The notes under the pieces: generated by a model
The model's database searches: none
Told to the model about the DNA's origin: nothing
What the model saw: only the letters and a program-made list of their open reading frames with translations
Translations under genes and position numbers: made by a program
In this document: positions 61,830-64,000 of the stretch, piece by piece
Layout: each line of letters begins with the position of its first letter
Numbering within the stretch: position 1 is the first letter of the stretch
DNA from: Phyllobates terribilis
Taxonomy: Eukaryota
Direction of reading: 5' to 3'
Assembly: GCF_046119375.1 (NCBI RefSeq)
Contig: NW_027362764.1
Location: forward strand, 72,912,001-72,976,000
Length of the DNA stretch: 64,000 bases

Positions 61830-63638
61830 TGTAACATCCCTGGCGGCGTGCTTGCATGGCTTACCACCTCCCACCATGCAAGACCGCAATCTTACCTATC
61901 AGGCCAGGCTGCACATTTTGCTCCAGTACCTGCTGTTTGTATGTCTCTTGTCTGCTGGCTTAGGGCGGCGGCGCTGTTACTTCTTGATTCTTAAAGCTAC
62001 AGTGTGCGCAGTCCTAATGCATCCCCAGCCTATTGCTGTGAGTCACTGGATACTTAAACTCCCTCCACCCAGTAGGATGTGCCTGAGCAACACTTTCCAT
62101 CTGTGTGTTTCTTGCAACTGAGTTGCCAGGTCCTGTCCTGTATCTAGTCTGTTTCTGCCACCCTGGGGGCTGTATACCCAGGCCTGTTACCTGTACCCGT
62201 GACTTCTAGTCAGTTTCCGCCACCCTGGGGGCTGAGTTCCCAGGCTCGTTCCTGTATCTTGTTCCTGGTTCAGATCTTGTCTGAACAGTGTCTTAGTCCA
62301 TTACCTGTTTGTCTCTATGTCTGTGCCTTTCCCTTTTCCTGCAGTGTCTGAGCCTGCGCCTAGCTCCAACTCGTTCTCTCTGTACTTCTGTTTGTGAGTT
62401 TTGTGTCCACTCGCTACTTCATTGCAAGTACCTTGTGTGTATCTGGTTCTGCTTGTTCTGTTTTCCTGCCTCCGCATCTAACTTCTGTGTTCCAGCTATC
62501 TTCTTGTGTTTTCCAGTCTGTTCCATGTGAACAGAGCCCTGTCCTGTCTACCGCATCAGCGGGTTTTGCTCTGCTCTGCTTGTCCACCGCTTGTGCGGGT
62601 TTTGCTCTGCTCTGCTTGTCTACTGCACCTGCGGGTTTTGCTCTGCTCTGCTTGTCTACCGCATCTGTGGGTTTTGCTCTGCTCTGCTTGTCTACCGCAT
62701 CTGCGGGTTTTACTCTGCTCTGCTTGTCTACCGCATCTGTGGGTTTTGCTCTGCTCTGCTTGTCTACCGCATCTGCGGGTTTTGCTCTGCTCTGCTTGTC
62801 TACCACACCTGCGATTTTGCTCTGATCTGCTTGTCCACCGCACCTGCGGTTTTGCTTTGCCCTGCTTCTTTACCGCACCTGCGGGCTTTGCTCTGCTCTG
62901 CTTGTTTACCGCATCTGCGGGTTTTGCTCTGCTCTGCTTGTCTACCGCATCTGCGGGTTTTGCTCTGCTCTGCTTGTCTACCGCATCTTCCGGGTTTTGC
63001 TCTGCTCTGCTTGTCTGCCGCATCTGCGGGTTTTGCTCTGCTCTACTTGTCTGCCACATCTGCGGGTTTTGCTCTGCTCTGCTTGTCTGCCGCATCTGCG
63101 GATTTTGCTCTGCTCTGCTTGTCTACCGCATCTGCGGGTTTTGCTCTGCTCTGCTTGTCTGCCGCACCTGTGGCTCCGTTTCTGTGTCCCTGTCTGTACT
63201 GGTCCCTATCCTGCCTGCGTTCCTACCTGCCAGTGCCCGCCTGTCTGCATGCCAGCCGTGCCTGCCAGTGCCCACCTGTCTGCATGCCAGCCGTGCCTGC
63301 CAGTGCCCACCTGTCTGCATACCAGCCGTGCCTGCCAATACCCACCTGTCTGCATACCAGCTGTGCCTGCCAGTATCCACCGGTCTGTATGCCAGCCTAA
63401 CCTGCCTGTTCCTGCATTCCCCGGCGTGGGTCAACAGCTGTAACCGGGGTCTCACCTGGAGTAGCACCTGGTCCCTCTGCTCGGTTTCTCCCTGGTTGAC
63501 AGAATCGACTGAGCCGCCGTGTGACCTTGGTCGGACCGAGTTGATACTTAGTTACGCACCTCCAGGCACTCCTCGGTTCATGGTACAGTGGGATCACTAA
63601 TCATGCTCACGCAAGTCAGTCCGGACGTGTGCGTAACA
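61830..63638 (+). mobile_element. 5' LTR (1.8 kb) of a sushi-type chromovirus nested in the Gypsy-5 protease
   Basis: TGTAAC...GCGTAACA, followed by the self-priming PBS TTGCTCAGGC and a sushi-type gag; the TSD cannot be checked because the other end lies outside the window. Confidence 0.85.
62533..63170. repeat. 36-bp tandem repeat inside the LTR
   Basis: GTTTTGCTCTGCTCTGCTTGTCTACCGCATCTGCGG, about 17 copies; followed by about 5 copies of a 35-bp unit at 63226-63400. Confidence 0.92.
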
Positions 63639-63651
63639 GTTTGCTCAGGCC

Positions 63652-64000
63652 ATGGTTCTCGTTGAGCCCCACGGCCCTTCGCTCTCAGAGACATTTGAAT
63701 CCTTGTCTGGCGAATACGTGCACCAAGAAAAAAAAAATTCTCAAGCTGAGGTCCAGGCGATTTACGCACCAGCCCAAATGGAGCTATCAGCACTCGTTCC
63801 TGCGGATCCACCACAGTATTATGGGGACCCAAAACAAAGCCTTGCGTTTGTGGAGCAATGCATGCTACATTTCAAATTTTATGCTCACTATTTTCCCACT
63901 GATCGGGTTAAAGTAGCATTTCTGATGTCCTACCTAGCGGGTGATGAGTTGAAATGGATCACACCCCTATGGGAAGCATGGGATCCTATCGTCTTGGACC
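63652..64000 (+). CDS. gag: Sushi-type gag, partial (runs off the window)
   Basis: Open from the ATG at 63652: ...DPPQYYGDPKQSLAFVEQCMLHFKFYAHYFPTDRVKVAFLMSYLAGDELKWITPLWE, a typical sushi/PEG10-like capsid N-terminus. Confidence 0.85.
   Translation, partial: MVLVEPHGPSLSETFESLSGEYVHQEKKNSQAEVQAIYAPAQMELSALVPADPPQYYGDPKQSLAFVEQCMLHFKFYAHYFPTDRVKVAFLMSYLAGDELKWITPLWEAWDPIVLD

Overview
Repeat-dense vertebrate genomic DNA, very likely frog (anuran-type MITEs, CR1 and Tc1 elements; inference). The only host gene I can support is the first coding exon of the LIM-nebulette/LASP-2 gene on the minus strand ([23 protein letters not shown], 8989-9057, followed by a GT donor). Positions 1-8988 are therefore probably intron 1 and 9.3-64 kb upstream intergenic DNA. 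The window holds two near-complete tRNA-Ser-primed Ty3/Gypsy elements (12991-22220 minus; 29771-38135 plus) and a third interrupted one (59719-61829). It also holds a full-length but decayed sushi/Tf1-type chromovirus (51939-57458), the left end of another sushi-type element, several solo LTRs, two Tc1 elements, CR1 and L1 fragments, hAT and PIF-like MITEs, and 16-bp and 31-bp satellites. The most novel candidate is a 5-kb LTR element (42177-47170) with no gag or pol. It carries a Pro/Ala-rich, coiled-coil ORF ending in a Y-box-like cold-shock domain, shares U5, PBS and leader with the autonomous Gypsy at 13-22 kb, and has a triplicated 3'-UTR hairpin. The second candidate is a partial copy of the cognate tRNA-Ser primer-binding site inside U5 of the LTRs of this group, which switches isoacceptor together with the real PBS. 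Coordinates of TSD-bounded elements were counted by hand; divergence figures are manual approximations.
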